A stretch of DNA of 64,000 nt, taken from Anthoceros angustus. Lineage: Eukaryota > Plantae > Anthocerotophyta. Below are positions 27,480 to 40,031 of this stretch, piece after piece. The DNA lies in the NCBI GenBank assembly GCA_010909165.1, contig VJWM01000328.1:1-64000 (forward strand), given 5' to 3'. The first letter of the stretch is position 1; the number at the start of each line of letters is the position of its first letter. The notes beneath the pieces were generated by a model. It did no database searches and was not told the origin of the DNA. It saw only the letters and a list, made by a program, of their open reading frames with translations. The translations under genes and the position numbers were made by a program.

Positions 27480-28030
27480 GTAGCGACTCAGCTAAACAAC
27501 GGTCATCATGTTCCATGTCAAATGCTTGCCCAAGCAATCGACACCGTTCCTTCTCGGTCACTCCTCGGATCATGCCAAAATCCTCCGGACTTGCTTCTTC
27601 ATGCTCATGCATCTTGGCACATTCTCCAACATGTATCCACAAGGCCTTTCTTGCCCTTTACGGATCAAGCGCAAGATCCTCATCGTCATAGAACAATGTT
27701 GTTCGTGGATCCTTGAGACCTTGACCCTTTTCTGCGGAGGATAGTCCTTGACACTCCCAACTGCGATGACAAGGTCCACGGTTGCCCAAGACAACTCAAA
27801 TGGGACAACCCTATCATGCGAACATCCATCGGCGCCTCACGGTAACCCTTCACTACTCCCGTCGGAGGTTGGGTACTCCCCATCAAGTCTCTTACGCGCA
27901 CAATCCTTGCTTTTGGATCCGGGTCACAATGCACGTATCTTCGCACTTTGATGCCACACTTGCTTGCGCTGGCCGGTGCGATGCCTCCAAAGAGTTCCAC
28001 GAGCACTATGCCACCTTCCGAGGTCGCCAT
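27480..28030 (-). pseudogene. C5-cytosine DNA methyltransferase domain (DNMT3-like), frameshifted and internally deleted
   Basis: Motif I IVLVELFGGI, II YVHCDPDPKAR, III DVRMI, IV VDLVIA(G)WECQGLSSA..GQGLKDPRTTLFY, VI YMLENV, X ERCRLLGQAFD. Confidence 0.85.
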
Positions 28031-30869
28031 GTGATGACACAGGTGTTTAGGTCAGCAGGCTCAACCCTAGGCAAGAACTTACAGCAGTTCTCCGGCTCAT
28101 AGGACACTGGTCCTCTTGCACCATCCTCCACAGCTTTTGCACGGCTCATTGCTGCAGTCACCAGCTCCGTCCGGCTGACTTGAAGAACCTCCTCTGAGGG
28201 TGGTTGCAACCCTAGCTTGTCTTCCTCCTCCTCGTCGAAATCCTCCATCAGGTCAGTTGCGGTTGTTAGACACACGCCAAGAGGTTCAAGCACGTATGGC
28301 GTGTCCTTCACTCTGGCGCCAAACCTTTGGGTGAGCTGTTGGCAATGAGGTTCTCATGATCCTTGCCATGCATGCAGAGGGATGCGGGCAATCCGTTCAT
28401 CGGTTGTCCACAAATCCGACTGACTGTACAAACCACCTGCTCAGCGTGTGACATCAAATGTGTCTTCCGGTGCCTCGACAAAAAGTCTTGGTTTGAATGA
28501 AAACACTTGCCAGTGCTCGTCAGTGCGGATCTTCCACTTGGTTTCCTTCAACCTTTCTTGGTGGAGACCCAACGCTTCCTTCACTCTTCTTCCAACGATC
28601 ACCGGCTGTGCTCCGGTGTCAATCAACACCCTCCTTGGTGCGAATCCATTGATTTCAATGTGCCTCTCCCGATTGTTGACCAAAGCCACCCCCACTCGTG
28701 CAGCATTCCGCTTCTCCACAGAGATGCTTGGTTCGGAGGTCAGCAATGACATCATTGCTACCTGCTGTGGCAAATCTTGGACACTTGCTTCGTCTTCAAG
28801 GGTTGTCAACATCCGCCGAGTCAAACCCCTGACTTCCTTCACGCTCAACCCCATGTCTTGTAGGCTGAAACATGGCATCTCCAGAAGCTTTTGTGCCATC
28901 GTCTCGTGCAATCACATGGGTTTCTCCACATCGCCCACTGGACTTTGATGTTGCTCCCGCAGTTGTTCCTGGCAATGGCTCAAACGACTTTGGCATCTTG
29001 GCATAGGTTCAGGAAGAGGATCCGAAGCTTCCTTCCGTGTCTTCCGCACTGCAGGTGTCAAGACGTCCTCTTCTTCCTCTGAGCTATCTTCTCTCGTAGC
29101 TGCCAGAGGTTTCTTCCCCTTGCCCTTGGATCTGGTCACAGTCGCCATGTATCCAAGCTTGTGCTCATCTTCTTCGTCCTCTGATGATGAACTGCTGCTC
29201 TCCTTGATCTTCGCCTTCCGCACCAACTTCTCCAGCTTTGCGAGGCGTGCCACGTAGCTGTCCATCGTCTTCTTTGATGCTTCCCGTTTCTTTTGTCCAC
29301 GGGACTTCGCCGGTGCCTCCTCCACGGCGCCTTTGCTCTTCGCTGATTTTGTGGATGAGGTTGACGCAGATGCATTGGCCGGGGTTGCTGCTCGATAACC
29401 CGTAGGCCGCAATTCCGGATGCTTCTCCCAACATGCCGCTTCATTGTGCCGTACCTCCACACCTAGGGCATGGCTCCTCACCCTTGACTCCTCCGAATGC
29501 ATGCTCGCACTCATGAGGGAATGGTCCGTCCTCGGCACCTCACGCAGGGCTCGTCACTTGGGGCTGTGGGTGGCTTGTCTCGCCGAGCTCCTCCACTCGA
29601 CCTCCGTCGGTCATGTCGTCCACCACTCCTACTTGTCTTTGGAGTAATCACTTGCAACACGAGAGAAAGTGTCGTGGCCCTATCTTGTCGACCATCTCGT
29701 ACACTTCCTTGAGGGTGTAGTGTTGCCCTCTTGTGCACCGCTTGTTGCACCTTCATGCGCGTGCATATGGCAATGCTGCAAGTACTTCTCTGCTGACCCG
29801 TCGGTCACTCATGATCTTGGTGTCACGTACCAGCGGTCGATTCTTGATAAGCCATCTTTGCGGTCTCGACTTCATCTTGAAGTGTGTCACCGGAGATCTT
29901 CTCATCCGTGCTTGCGAAACTCCAGGAAGATGTCAAACATCTCTTGATGGGATCGTGCCCACTCGGTGCCACTGCTCGTCCGTTCCTTTGAGCTTGTACT
30001 CACTGGTCCTCCGGATGTGCGCTCAACAACCTCGCCTTGTGCTCGCGATAGCACGCCAATGCTTCATCCCCCAAGTACTTCGGCATTTGGATGAAGCCGT
30101 ATCGCTTCGTGTATCCGGTCTTCAATTCCATCTCCGCACACACCGTACTTCTCGATGAAGTCCTCCGGTGGCAAGGTGCCGCTCCTGTGAACAACTCCAT
30201 TCGATCCTTGTCTCCTCCCATCTTGGCGACTCCAAGAGACAAGTCCTCCTCATTGCCGCTCACCGAGTTGTCCGGCACTAACGTGTCTTGTGTGTTGCCA
30301 CTCCGGATCCTTCAAAGATTGTTGATTGTGTCTGGGTTCCTCCGCGTCCTTGGTACCAAAATCGAGGTGTTCGCACTTCTCTCTCTTGGTCGGGACTTCG
30401 AATTCGCTCTGATGGACTTGCTGGTTGGTAGCTCCGTCCGGATCGAGTGTGTCCAGGCATGCACTCCAGGCGGTTAGTGGCTAGATCAAACCCTTAATCA
30501 AGGTTAACACACCCGCTATCTTAGATCGTGATTAGTGAAACCTCTAAGTATCTATGCATGTTAAAATTGCATACAAATACTCTGCAGGCTACATTGGTCA
30601 AAAAGCTGGGTGAGTTGGATAGCAAAGGCATAGGAACTCAGAGTTAAGCACCCTGGATGGATGGATCGTCTGGATGGGGTGCCAACTAACTAGGAGTTTT
30701 GGACAGAAAGTGAAATCAAATGGACTGATGACATACCCATGTCTATCCACTTCTCCCTTATCCCTTGGAATCCGGGGCCCAAGAGTAAAATACTCTTGTT
30801 TCTCCCTTGGTTGGTTGGCCTTAAAAGGCCAGCCCCCCTTGTGGAGGCCTCATTCCTCTCCTTGGTATG

Positions 30870-31103
30870 GGCTTCTTCGCCTCCTCTCCTTGGCCTTGGA
30901 CTTGGGCTTCTTCGCCTCCTCTCCTTGGCCTTGGACTTGGGCTTCTTCGCCTCCTCTCCTTGGCCTTGGACTTGGGCTTCGCCTCCTCTCCTTGGCCTTG
31001 GACTTGGGCTTCTTCGCCTCCTCTCCTTGGCCTTGGACTTGGGCTTCGCCTCCTCTCCTTGGCCTTGGCTTGGGCTTCGCCTCCTCTCCTTGGCCTTGGG
31101 CTT
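30870..31103. repeat. 32-35-bp minisatellite, ~7 copies
   Basis: Unit TTC(TTC)GCCTCCTCTCCTTGGCCTTGGACTTGGGC. Confidence 0.9.
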
Positions 31104-31159
31104 GGTCCTCTCTGGCCTCAAGCCTTGGGCACACTTGAGTCCCTTGCCTACTTGCGGCG

Positions 31160-31384
31160 CTTGCCTCGCCTCGCCTCGCCTAGCACGGCCTAGCATCGCC
31201 TGGCATCGCCTAGCACGCCTAGCATCGCCTGGCATCGCCTAGCATCGCCTAGCACGCCAGCATCGCCTGGCATCGCCTAGCATCGCCTGGCATCGCCTAG
31301 CATCGCTGGCATCGCCTGGCATCGCCTGGCATCGCCTGGCATCGCCTAGCATCGCCTGGCATCGCTGGCATCGCCTGGCATCGT
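31160..31384. repeat. 10-bp tandem repeat GCATCGCCT(A/G), ~20 copies
   Basis: Read directly from the sequence. Confidence 0.9.
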
Positions 31385-31933
31385 GGCACAAACACACTCT
31401 CCCCACGAGAACAACACGCAATTCCTCACATCGCTCTGAGTCATAGCTTTGGCCTCCTCACAACACCCTTGCATTGCATATCTAGAGGACAAGCTATGAT
31501 CGAGCTTGTCCTCAATGGAAGGGTCTATATACTAGACCACGGCATGCATATTCCTAAGATATCCTATTGGCATCAGCATATGCCGGAAATATCCTAAGAA
31601 TACACTATAATATGCAAGGAATATGCCAAAGCATATGACTTGAGCCTATCCACTTAGCTATTGTATCATAAGAATATACTATAATATACAAGGAATATGC
31701 CAAAGCATATTACTTGAGCTTATCTACTTAGCTATTGCTAATCATGTTTAATTAACACTAATCTATGCTTAATTAACAAAATACCTTAGAATAATTAACA
31801 TTAATCAATGCTTAATTAATATAAGCACCTTAGATTAATTGACACTAATTACTTACTTAAAGATAAGTAATTAGATTAATTAATGCTAATCAAACACTAA
31901 ACCCAAGTGCATAGATTAGTATCACACGGCATG
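31379..31933. repeat. ~550-bp direct repeat, copy 2 (LTR-like)
   Basis: Matches 26323-26874. Confidence 0.85.
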
Positions 31934-32474
31934 ATAGCTCCCTCTGCAGCACCGTAGCATGTTGGTAGCCCTAACTCTTGGTGGCCTAGCTAAGCTGATA
32001 GAAACCTCCTGTGGCACCTCCACAAAACCTTGGAGAAGTGCGACGAGTTGAAGACTATTCCGAATTCTGCAAAGGAAAGGACACGGCAGCTGGAGGAACT
32101 TCTGCAGAAGACGCCACCCAAGGACATCCTGGCTCACCCTTTGACTCCAGCCGAATGTCGAGCAGTCATCAAAGAGCTAGAGCTCCTTGGATACATCTAC
32201 CGCCCACCAGTCTGAAACTGGTAAGTCTGATTTGTTGTTTTGCAACTCACTTACTATACTTGGCAGCATCCACGGCTAGGTTTAGCAACTAAGCTTCATC
32301 CATGAACGTTCCAAGTAACCTGTACTGACACTCACCTGTATGCAGCATGAAGATAGAGGGATAGCATAAGTACATGCCCTGTCCACGAAGGACCCAGTGA
32401 CATGAGCTGAAGACTGGTCCCTGCGAGGACATGTCATTTTCTTGGCAGTTGTCCTCTCTGCTGCATTAGGTAGG

Positions 32475-33100
32475 TTAATTTCCTGCTATAGGCATAGTGA
32501 AAACTCTGAGCCCAAGGGCTGCAAGGTGCTTATAGTGTTTGAGCTTGGATAAGCCTTTTGTAAGAACATCAGCTGTGTTCTCATCAGTACTAATGTATTG
32601 CACCTTTACTTTGCCTCTTTCAGCCACATCACGGGTGTAGTGGTGATACAATTCAATGTGCTTAGTCCTTGCGTGAAAGCGAGGATTTGACACAAGAGCT
32701 ATGGCGGACATATTGTCGCATAAGAGCAGAGTTGGACCTTCCTGTGGTAAGTTGATTGAGTCCAAAACTGTCTCTCCCATTCTAATTCCTTGCATGCGTA
32801 TGTTAGGGCTTTATATTCGGCTTCCGTGGACGAGAGGGCAAGTGAGGTCTGCTTCTTGCACGACCAATTGACAGCACCCATGGCCAACAAGAACACATGT
32901 GCTAAAAGGCTCTTCCGAGAATCTGAGTCAGAAGCCCAATTAGCGTCTACATATGAGGCAAGTGTGAACTCCCTCTTACTGCTGCACACATAGTGTAGAC
33001 CATAGTCCATTGTCCCTCTGAGGTACCTGTAAATGCGCTTGACAGCACCCCAATGAGCCTTGCCATGTGACTTTAAGAACTGAGCTACTATACTCACGGC
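32475..33100 (-). pseudogene. Ty1/copia RT C-terminus and RNase H fragment
   Basis: HWGAVKRIYRYLRGT, YVDANWASDSDSRKS, WSCKKQTSLALSSTEAEY, LCDNMSAI...FHARTKHIEL...ADVLTKGL; one frameshift. Confidence 0.92.
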
Positions 33101-33369
33101 ATTATTGAAGATAGGGTGTTGAGTTATTACTTAGAGTTTTAATATATCTGGTTATATAGTATGATAAAGAGATGATTTATTGAGGTGAAAGAACGATGAA
33201 AGAGACCATCTAGGAAGGGACAACAAATGGGGACCCGGGGGTCGGAGTGAAGAGGAGCAACTGAGCTCCCTACCTAAAGTGACCAACTGCACCCACAATG
33301 TCATATGCGGTAGAATAAACGGCCCGCAAACCACGGAGGAAGAGGAAAGGTATCACCCACCGCCGCCCC

Positions 33370-33930
33370 TTATGGAGAATCGCTGAGAGTGCGTTGAAGA
33401 GCAATAGAAACCCGTCGGAAGTATCTTTGTGAAGTCTGAGAGGACAACCACTATACTGCGCATGGTAAGCTTTGGCACAAGACTTGACGAATTTGTCAAA
33501 GTCCTCACCATTGCCCCATACGTTTCTAGAGCAAGCGGGATAAAAAGGTGGCCCGCTTGCATCCTCGCTATACTTGCGGACCTTGAGAGCCGCACGGCGG
33601 CACCGGACGGTTGGTGATGACTGGCGGAGGTGGCGTCACATGCGGTCAAGAACTACCCATCCGCCACCACAACGGTCGCCACGGACAGGTATAAGTCCAC
33701 CCCGATTGAGCGACACAGAAGAAGAGTATACTCCCGCTCCCTCCAGCCATATAGCCACTTTCGCGAGCAATGGCAAACATGACGTCACGGATGGCGTCGT
33801 GAGTGGCAATGCGATGACCCCCGTGGGGACAACGAGCAAGGTGGACACCAGAGACGTTAAGGGCAGAGCCGCACTCACAAGTGAGGAGCGAAGAAGCCAC
33901 AGGCTGGAGTAGGCCGAGACGAAATCGCAT
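33370..33930 (-). mobile_element. Second CRE-like non-LTR 3' fragment (CCHC plus RLE)
   Basis: RFRLGL...CECG...GVHLARCPHGGHRIATHDAIRD and GHLFIPLALETYGAM. Confidence 0.8.
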
Positions 33931-34539
33931 CGCAATAGTGAAGGTGGTTGGTGCGATGTGAAGGTGGTTGGTGCGATGTTATAGTATGTGTGTATATAGC
34001 TTTATTTAAATAGCTTACCCTTTCATTAGGGTTGCGTCTCTAGGCCAAAGGTCATGTCTCTTGGCTACTAGAATAAGTCTAGTTGCTACAATTAATACTT
34101 ACTTATGTCTTTATGCACATATATACAATAATGTAATTGATAAATACTCAATTGGTTTGCACCATTATCATATTTCCACATGGTATCGAGCCATGCTAGG
34201 TGCATTGCATTCACAAGAATGCACATTAAATTGTGCACATATAGATGTGCATATAGAAGTTCTTTGTGTTTGTTTCTTTATTAGAAAACAATTTCTAATA
34301 GGAAATCAAGAAAATGTTTGAGAAACCCTTTTTGTAGTTATTTTGTTTGATTTGTTTATAGGAATTTTGCATTTCTAGGAGCCCATTATAGCGCATCTAT
34401 TGCCAGATTGTTGCAAAGCAATCTGTCATCAGGTACGCTAGAACGGCTGCCAGAAGCAGCAAATATCTTTATAAAAATCATATAGAATTACAAAATGTTT
34501 CTTGGAATTTTCTAAAATATAAGAATTTTGGCCAAATGA

Positions 34540-35142
34540 ATGGCCGATCCTCAGGACGGGCAGATGCGGCCTGGATGGCACAATCGCCAAATACAACCTG
34601 GTGCGCAAGTGAACGCAGTAAGAAGAACTGCTGATCTTCACCAACAGGCGCCTGCCCCTCCACTGAGGACTCTTCAAAATCTCCCAAATGTGCAACCTGC
34701 TATTGTTGGTAACAGCAATCTTCGGGGTTTCCTAACCACAAACGTAGCACCGCACACCAGCATATCACATTTAAGTTCTAGACTAGAATCACAACAGCGA
34801 CATGTAGACAGACGTTTTGAAAACATAAGTCGAAAAATTGCTGCTCTTTCTGAGGACTTACAATCATTGCTGGAGCAGGTTGGTCACTTGGATTTCAAAT
34901 TGCTTGCTTTGTTAAAGCCTGCTCTTCTTGCTAACCCTGCAATCAGAGGGATAGCTTGTAAGCATGCTACAAAAACTAACAAGCATCATAAATTTGAGCA
35001 TCCAAACTCGTGTCCATCATGCATGACCTATTTCTTTAATCGCTGGGAGATTAGGAAACATAACATAAAGGAAAAGGTAGATAAGGAGATGGTCAACCTG
35101 CACAAGGCTGACCAGCGTACAGAACCCATCTTACCTCTGTGA
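34540..35142 (+). CDS. 200-aa ORF between the copia PBS and gag (coiled-coil plus Cys/His cluster), unknown function
   Basis: ATG-started open frame, same strand as gag. Confidence 0.4.
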   Translation: MADPQDGQMRPGWHNRQIQPGAQVNAVRRTADLHQQAPAPPLRTLQNLPNVQPAIVGNSNLRGFLTTNVAPHTSISHLSSRLESQQRHVDRRFENISRKIAALSEDLQSLLEQVGHLDFKLLALLKPALLANPAIRGIACKHATKTNKHHKFEHPNSCPSCMTYFFNRWEIRKHNIKEKVDKEMVNLHKADQRTEPILPL

Positions 35143-36152
35143 AGAACAGGCTGCAGTTGCAGCCTACCCTTGATGCACTTGTAGCATCATAGCTCTTCCC
35201 TGAATCCTCACACCTGTTAACCTGCAAAGGATCATACAGGTGCATTAGTAATTCATCCATCACATCCTCACTGTGAGGAGGAGAGATGTCCCAAAACATG
35301 GGTGACGCTAATCTAGTTGGGGAGGGATTTAGGGAAAAGGATAGATTCGGGGGGACAGACTATGACATCTGGGTCCTTAGGATGCGGGGAGCACTTCAAA
35401 ATAAGCAGCTTTGGCCTTGGGTAAATGGAACATCAAAAGTCCCTGTGATCATTGGTACCCCTTCAGCTGCTGAACAGAAGGCACTCGACGCCTGGAATAC
35501 AAAGGATGAAGCTGCACAGTTCCTCCTTCGGAGTGGTCTGTCGACTGACATGTTGAGATAGACTTCTGGTTGCAAGACCTCAGCCGATATCTGGACGCGG
35601 CTCCAAAGCCTGTTTGCTGGAACAGATGACACAAGTCAGATGACTGCCCTTCGCAACATACAAAACTTGAAGATGAAAGAAGAAGAATCTATTGAAAAAC
35701 ACTTGACTACCTTTAGATCTCTAATCTCCAAGTTTGAAAGTGCTGCACAGGACAATGTGAAGGATCAGGCTCTCATCCTTCATTTTCTGATGTCACTCCC
35801 AGAGTCTTGGTCACATTTCGTGACCTCTTTCAACACCTCGCAACTACAAAGGCGAAAAATCGCCAAGGCTGCAGGTGTTGACCTCCCCAAAACCACATTT
35901 GCAGAATTAACAAGGTCTCCTAAGAGTGGGAGACGGCTCCTCGTCTCTGGTTTTGAGGGGGTGAAATTTGAGACCTGGAAACAAAAAAGCTTGAATTTCA
36001 TAATTTGCAGATTTTTTTAAAAAAATTGCATGATAAAGATGTGACTTTAAGAATGAAACCATGCATTTCAATGGTTTTAAGGTAATAAGACCTTCACATG
36101 GTCTACACTCCTCCAAGTTCTCATGAATTTCGCCAATTCTTTAAGATGATAC

Positions 36153-37043
36153 ATGCAATTTATAGGCCGCACAAAATGGATATTAAAAAGGTCCACAAAA
36201 TGAGTTTAAGGGTCCGTGGTGACCCGAGAAAAAAGCGGCGCATTCTTATGCTTGTATGACCCGGACATCCTGAATGTCGAATGGTATGAATCCATTTTAG
36301 TCGTGCAGCCCGAGGTTGCACTACCGAAATTGGATGAAATCTCAGAACTTCATACCGCTGGCCTTTCGGACACACACCGTGCGGCAATCTATTTACAATT
36401 GCGGGTTCAATGCGGTCGTACCATCGTGACATCGTCCTTTACATGCATATGATGAATGCATTCATCATGTCGCGACTAATCACCGCGAAGGCTTTCCACC
36501 TAGCAGACCATGGCCGTGTTCGGACCGAATTTCTTATAGCAATGCATTTCGCTATTCGTTGGTCCGGTATAAGCGCCCGCCATGGTCGATGCGATTTGCA
36601 ATTTATAGGCACAAAAATGGATATTAAAAAGGTCCACAAAAATGAGTTTAAGGGTCCGTGGTGACCCGAGAAAAAAGCGGCGCACATTATCAGCTTGTAT
36701 GACCCGGACATCCGGTGAATGTGCGAATGGTATGAATCCATTTTAGGTAGTGCAGCCCGAGGTTGCACCACAGAATTGGATGAAATCTCAGAACTTCATA
36801 CCGCTGGCCTTTCGGACACACATGCGGCAATCTATTTACAATTGCGGGTTCAATGCGGTCGCATTCCATCGTGACATCGTCCCTTTACATGCATATGATG
36901 AATGCATTCATCATGTCGCGACTAATCACCGCAGGCTTTCCACCTAGCGACCCGTGGCCGTGTTCGGACCGAATTTCTTATAGCAATGCATTTCGCTATT
37001 CGTTGGTGCAGTATAAGCGCCCATGATATGCGATTTGCAATTC
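36153..37043. repeat. Tandem duplication, ~445-bp unit
   Basis: Units start at ~36153 and ~36596; TGCAATT occurs at all three boundaries. Confidence 0.85.
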
Positions 37044-37929
37044 GATAAGGTCTCGGCCATGACACTTCACGCACATGGACGAAGCTCGGAATCGGGTGCC
37101 ACTACCGGCCTTCCCTACGCCTCAGTCTCGCAGGGGGGCCAACTCATGCACACCAATGCGTCGGCCCGTGACGTGCAGTGCCTGGGAAATGGCGATTGGG
37201 GCGGCGTGACGTAGTTCTGTCAATCCCCTTTTCCTGGGTGTTCGATTGAAGGATATGCATGAGGATGCTCATTGATGCAATGTTGTTCAGGCGCCGACCA
37301 TGTTTCTCCCTTGCCCGAGCAGTCATCGTGAACAAAAAATGGTTCTGCAAGCCGAGCTTGGATCAACTGGACACAATGGACACCGAACAGCAGCCTTTAT
37401 CACCGGCTGTCCGGTGCACAGACATTTATGCACGCATAAGTTGTCTCAAAGCTGTTTGGAGTCCAACACAAAAGCAACGTTAACCGTCTGTGATTTCCGC
37501 CCTAACAACTCTCTCCCAATCCCAGTTCGGATGCTACAAGTTTGTTTTGGCTGTCGCGGAAGTTGTCCGGAGAGTCAATCGTGCCATCATACTTCTCGGC
37601 GTCTCAAGGATGGACCTCGATCCATCGCCCCCAATGTTGCAAGAAAAGCCTCTTCTGCAGCCATCTCGCCAATGTGCGTCTTTCTCACTAACCTCCTCGC
37701 AGCCGACGGATGTCCTACAACACCGATCAGTGGATCGACATACGCCTCAATTGTGCATCGCGCCTTGCTGCCCGACGCCGGCACAACACCGGCCCTCGGC
37801 TGCGGCGGTGTGTTCACCATGGGCTCTTTCTTTGCGTCTTGGGTGCTGCATACCCGTCATCTCCCACCTCCTCCTCCTCGCTTGGCGGTTGTCCATCGTA
37901 TTGAGCCGCAAACCCATGAATTGCACTAC

Positions 37930-39870
37930 TGCAGGATCGTCTCGAAATGACATTGCGGCGGACTTGTTGCTACCATAGCGCACAACCATCTAGGATCCAC
38001 TCGCCTTCCATTGTGTATGCACTCAATCAACTTCCTCAACAATCTAATGGGCTTGGTAGGAAACCACCCTATCATCTGGTGTTGTAACATAGCTTATGTT
38101 CCAACCTTCTCGGAAAGCAAGTTGTCAACCCTCTGTAGTCATTCATAACATCGGTGATGCCGAGGAGAAATCTTGAGGCGGACAATCACCTTTAAGGAGC
38201 TGCGCGTGGTGATGTAATCACGCATCATCTGACTTATCATGGAGGTGCCGTCACATTAGTTTTGTGCGAGCGGGGCGTGACACCACCTTTACATCGCAAG
38301 CAAAACTTCACGAACCATGGACATATCATCGTGGTGAATGGAATACCGACTCGAAAAACCTCGAGCGTTGTGATGCCACGGAATGTCATTATGATCTTCT
38401 CAAATTCACGAGTGAACGCGTGTCATACTCCCTAGAGTTCGCATCCAAATTCAACCCGGGGCAAGTCCAATGTCATGGCAAGCGGACGGGGTTCTAGAAG
38501 CTGGGCCATCTCGCGATGTTGCCACATACTATACCTACCTGCAGTTCTCCGGCGTCATCACGAAAGTCACTTTTTTTGATCGGAGGCCTCAACAATTGTC
38601 ATCATCGCCATTATCCTCCAAGCTTTGGCTTTCAAAACATGTTCCTTGAAATTGTCGAGTGCACTCCACTCGAGAGGCATTGGCCGCACGCAATGGCAAA
38701 GTTCCAAGCCGGGGCGTGGAAACAAACCATGCGCAAACAAGCATATTTCTGTTTAGTACATATCACATGCCGGGTGGTGCTGTCCATGTCACTTACCATA
38801 TTTTTGAATGCCGGTTGAAAGCTGCTGATCTGCTCCACCATGCTGTATTGAGGGTATCGATCCCTAACCTGCTGGAAAGTCTCACAATTCAGGTTCTTCG
38901 CAAGGGTGATGTGAATGAGGTTCAATTTTTTGGCCTTCTCCACCCACTCTTGCATTTGCTTCAAGCTCATTTCTCCAGCCAAAACCTTCATGCATGCCGT
39001 CTTCAAATTGTTGTTGCCTGCTGCTGAGTGCTCGATACCCTGAAAACACTTCCACACTCTCACAGGAACATCCGATTCCTTCACATCGATGACCACAAGA
39101 TCTCTCGCGGCTGCAGATTTCCTCGACTTCCTTGTAGCCTTGCTGTTTATTTGCTAGTGCTCGGGCAGCATCTATCCGCCGGTAGTTGCATTCCCACTTC
39201 TCAAAATCTCGTCCACATACCTCCACACTTCTTCGTCAACTTTAGCCACACAATAATCCAGGTCCTATTGTCCACCAGCGGTGATCGCACCTTGGGGCCA
39301 TGCTTGGCGCATCCCACTTGGGGATCCCCTGTCGTGCATACACATCTAGCTTCCAATCCACGTCACACTTCAAACCCTTGACCTCCGAGACAACTCACTT
39401 GATGTAACGCACACGGTCCATGAAGGTAAATGTCTTCTGGCGTCGCTATGGTGTTGTGGTCCGTGGCTACGATCCTCATCTCGTCCTCGGTGAGTCCGAG
39501 CACATATGCATCCATCCACTTGTACTCTTCCACCGGTGGAGTCAGATGGGGGGGACCTTGCGGAAGGAATGGTTTCCCCTAAGGCGAAAAAATGTAATCC
39601 CCCCATCCACCTTCGAACGTGAAATTCTCTTGTAGCACATTGTGGCGGATCCACAACCACAACCATGGGCAACACACCACCACCCGGGACAATGCTTCAT
39701 CTTTTGCATCAAAGCCTCTACCCATGCGAGATCCAACTTCCTCACCACAGCTGCGACACAATTCCTCGAAGTGCAACACTTGATTGGCAGCAGTAGACTC
39801 CACACTCTCTTCATTGCGATACCGTCCCTTTCCACGTCCGGCTTGCATACGCTTTGATGGCAAGCACATC
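37930..39870 (-). pseudogene. ParB/Srx-like domain plus beta-class N4C/N6A DNA methyltransferase (copy A), frameshifted
   Basis: VRKLDLAWVEALMQKM...LPMVVVVDP...FALG-GNHS (39770-39570). Motif IV-like LDLP-GLN (~38470-38450). YQ-KPIRLLRKLIE-AYTMEGEWILDGCA-YGS (~38060-37965). Confidence 0.75.
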
Positions 39871-40031
39871 ATCGTCTGTAGCCACCGCTATCCTTGGCAA
39901 TCTCCACAAACACGGGAAGCGGTTCATCCTCCTCCTCCGACTCTTGCTCCCAATTGCAATTGCAAGCTTCTCCCGTTTGCCCTTGCCTTCTTGGCTTTGC
40001 CACTACATGAACTGCGCCTTCTCATCGATTG

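Larger units (their letters stand above)
26323..31933 (-). mobile_element. Defective Ty3/gypsy-like LTR element: gag(CCHC)-protease-C5 DNA methyltransferase-truncated RT start
   Basis: Zinc knuckle CPRCGG-GHNEAAC (~29470-29430, frameshifted). Protease RRVLIDTGAQPVIVG (~28640-28590). DNMT motifs at 28030-27480. RT-preamble-like KELLEASRHVFAFTL-MEMGKYTKGKFHIEL (~27300-27200). Flanked by direct repeats. Confidence 0.8.

Noticed and set aside
30674-31421. Repetitive ORFs and a CRISPR-like look
   Set aside because: Head-to-tail minisatellites without unique spacers; no cas genes; eukaryotic context.
32475-36020. Copia RNase H and gag as one element
   Set aside because: They are on opposite strands and separated by a non-LTR fragment, so they are two different elements.
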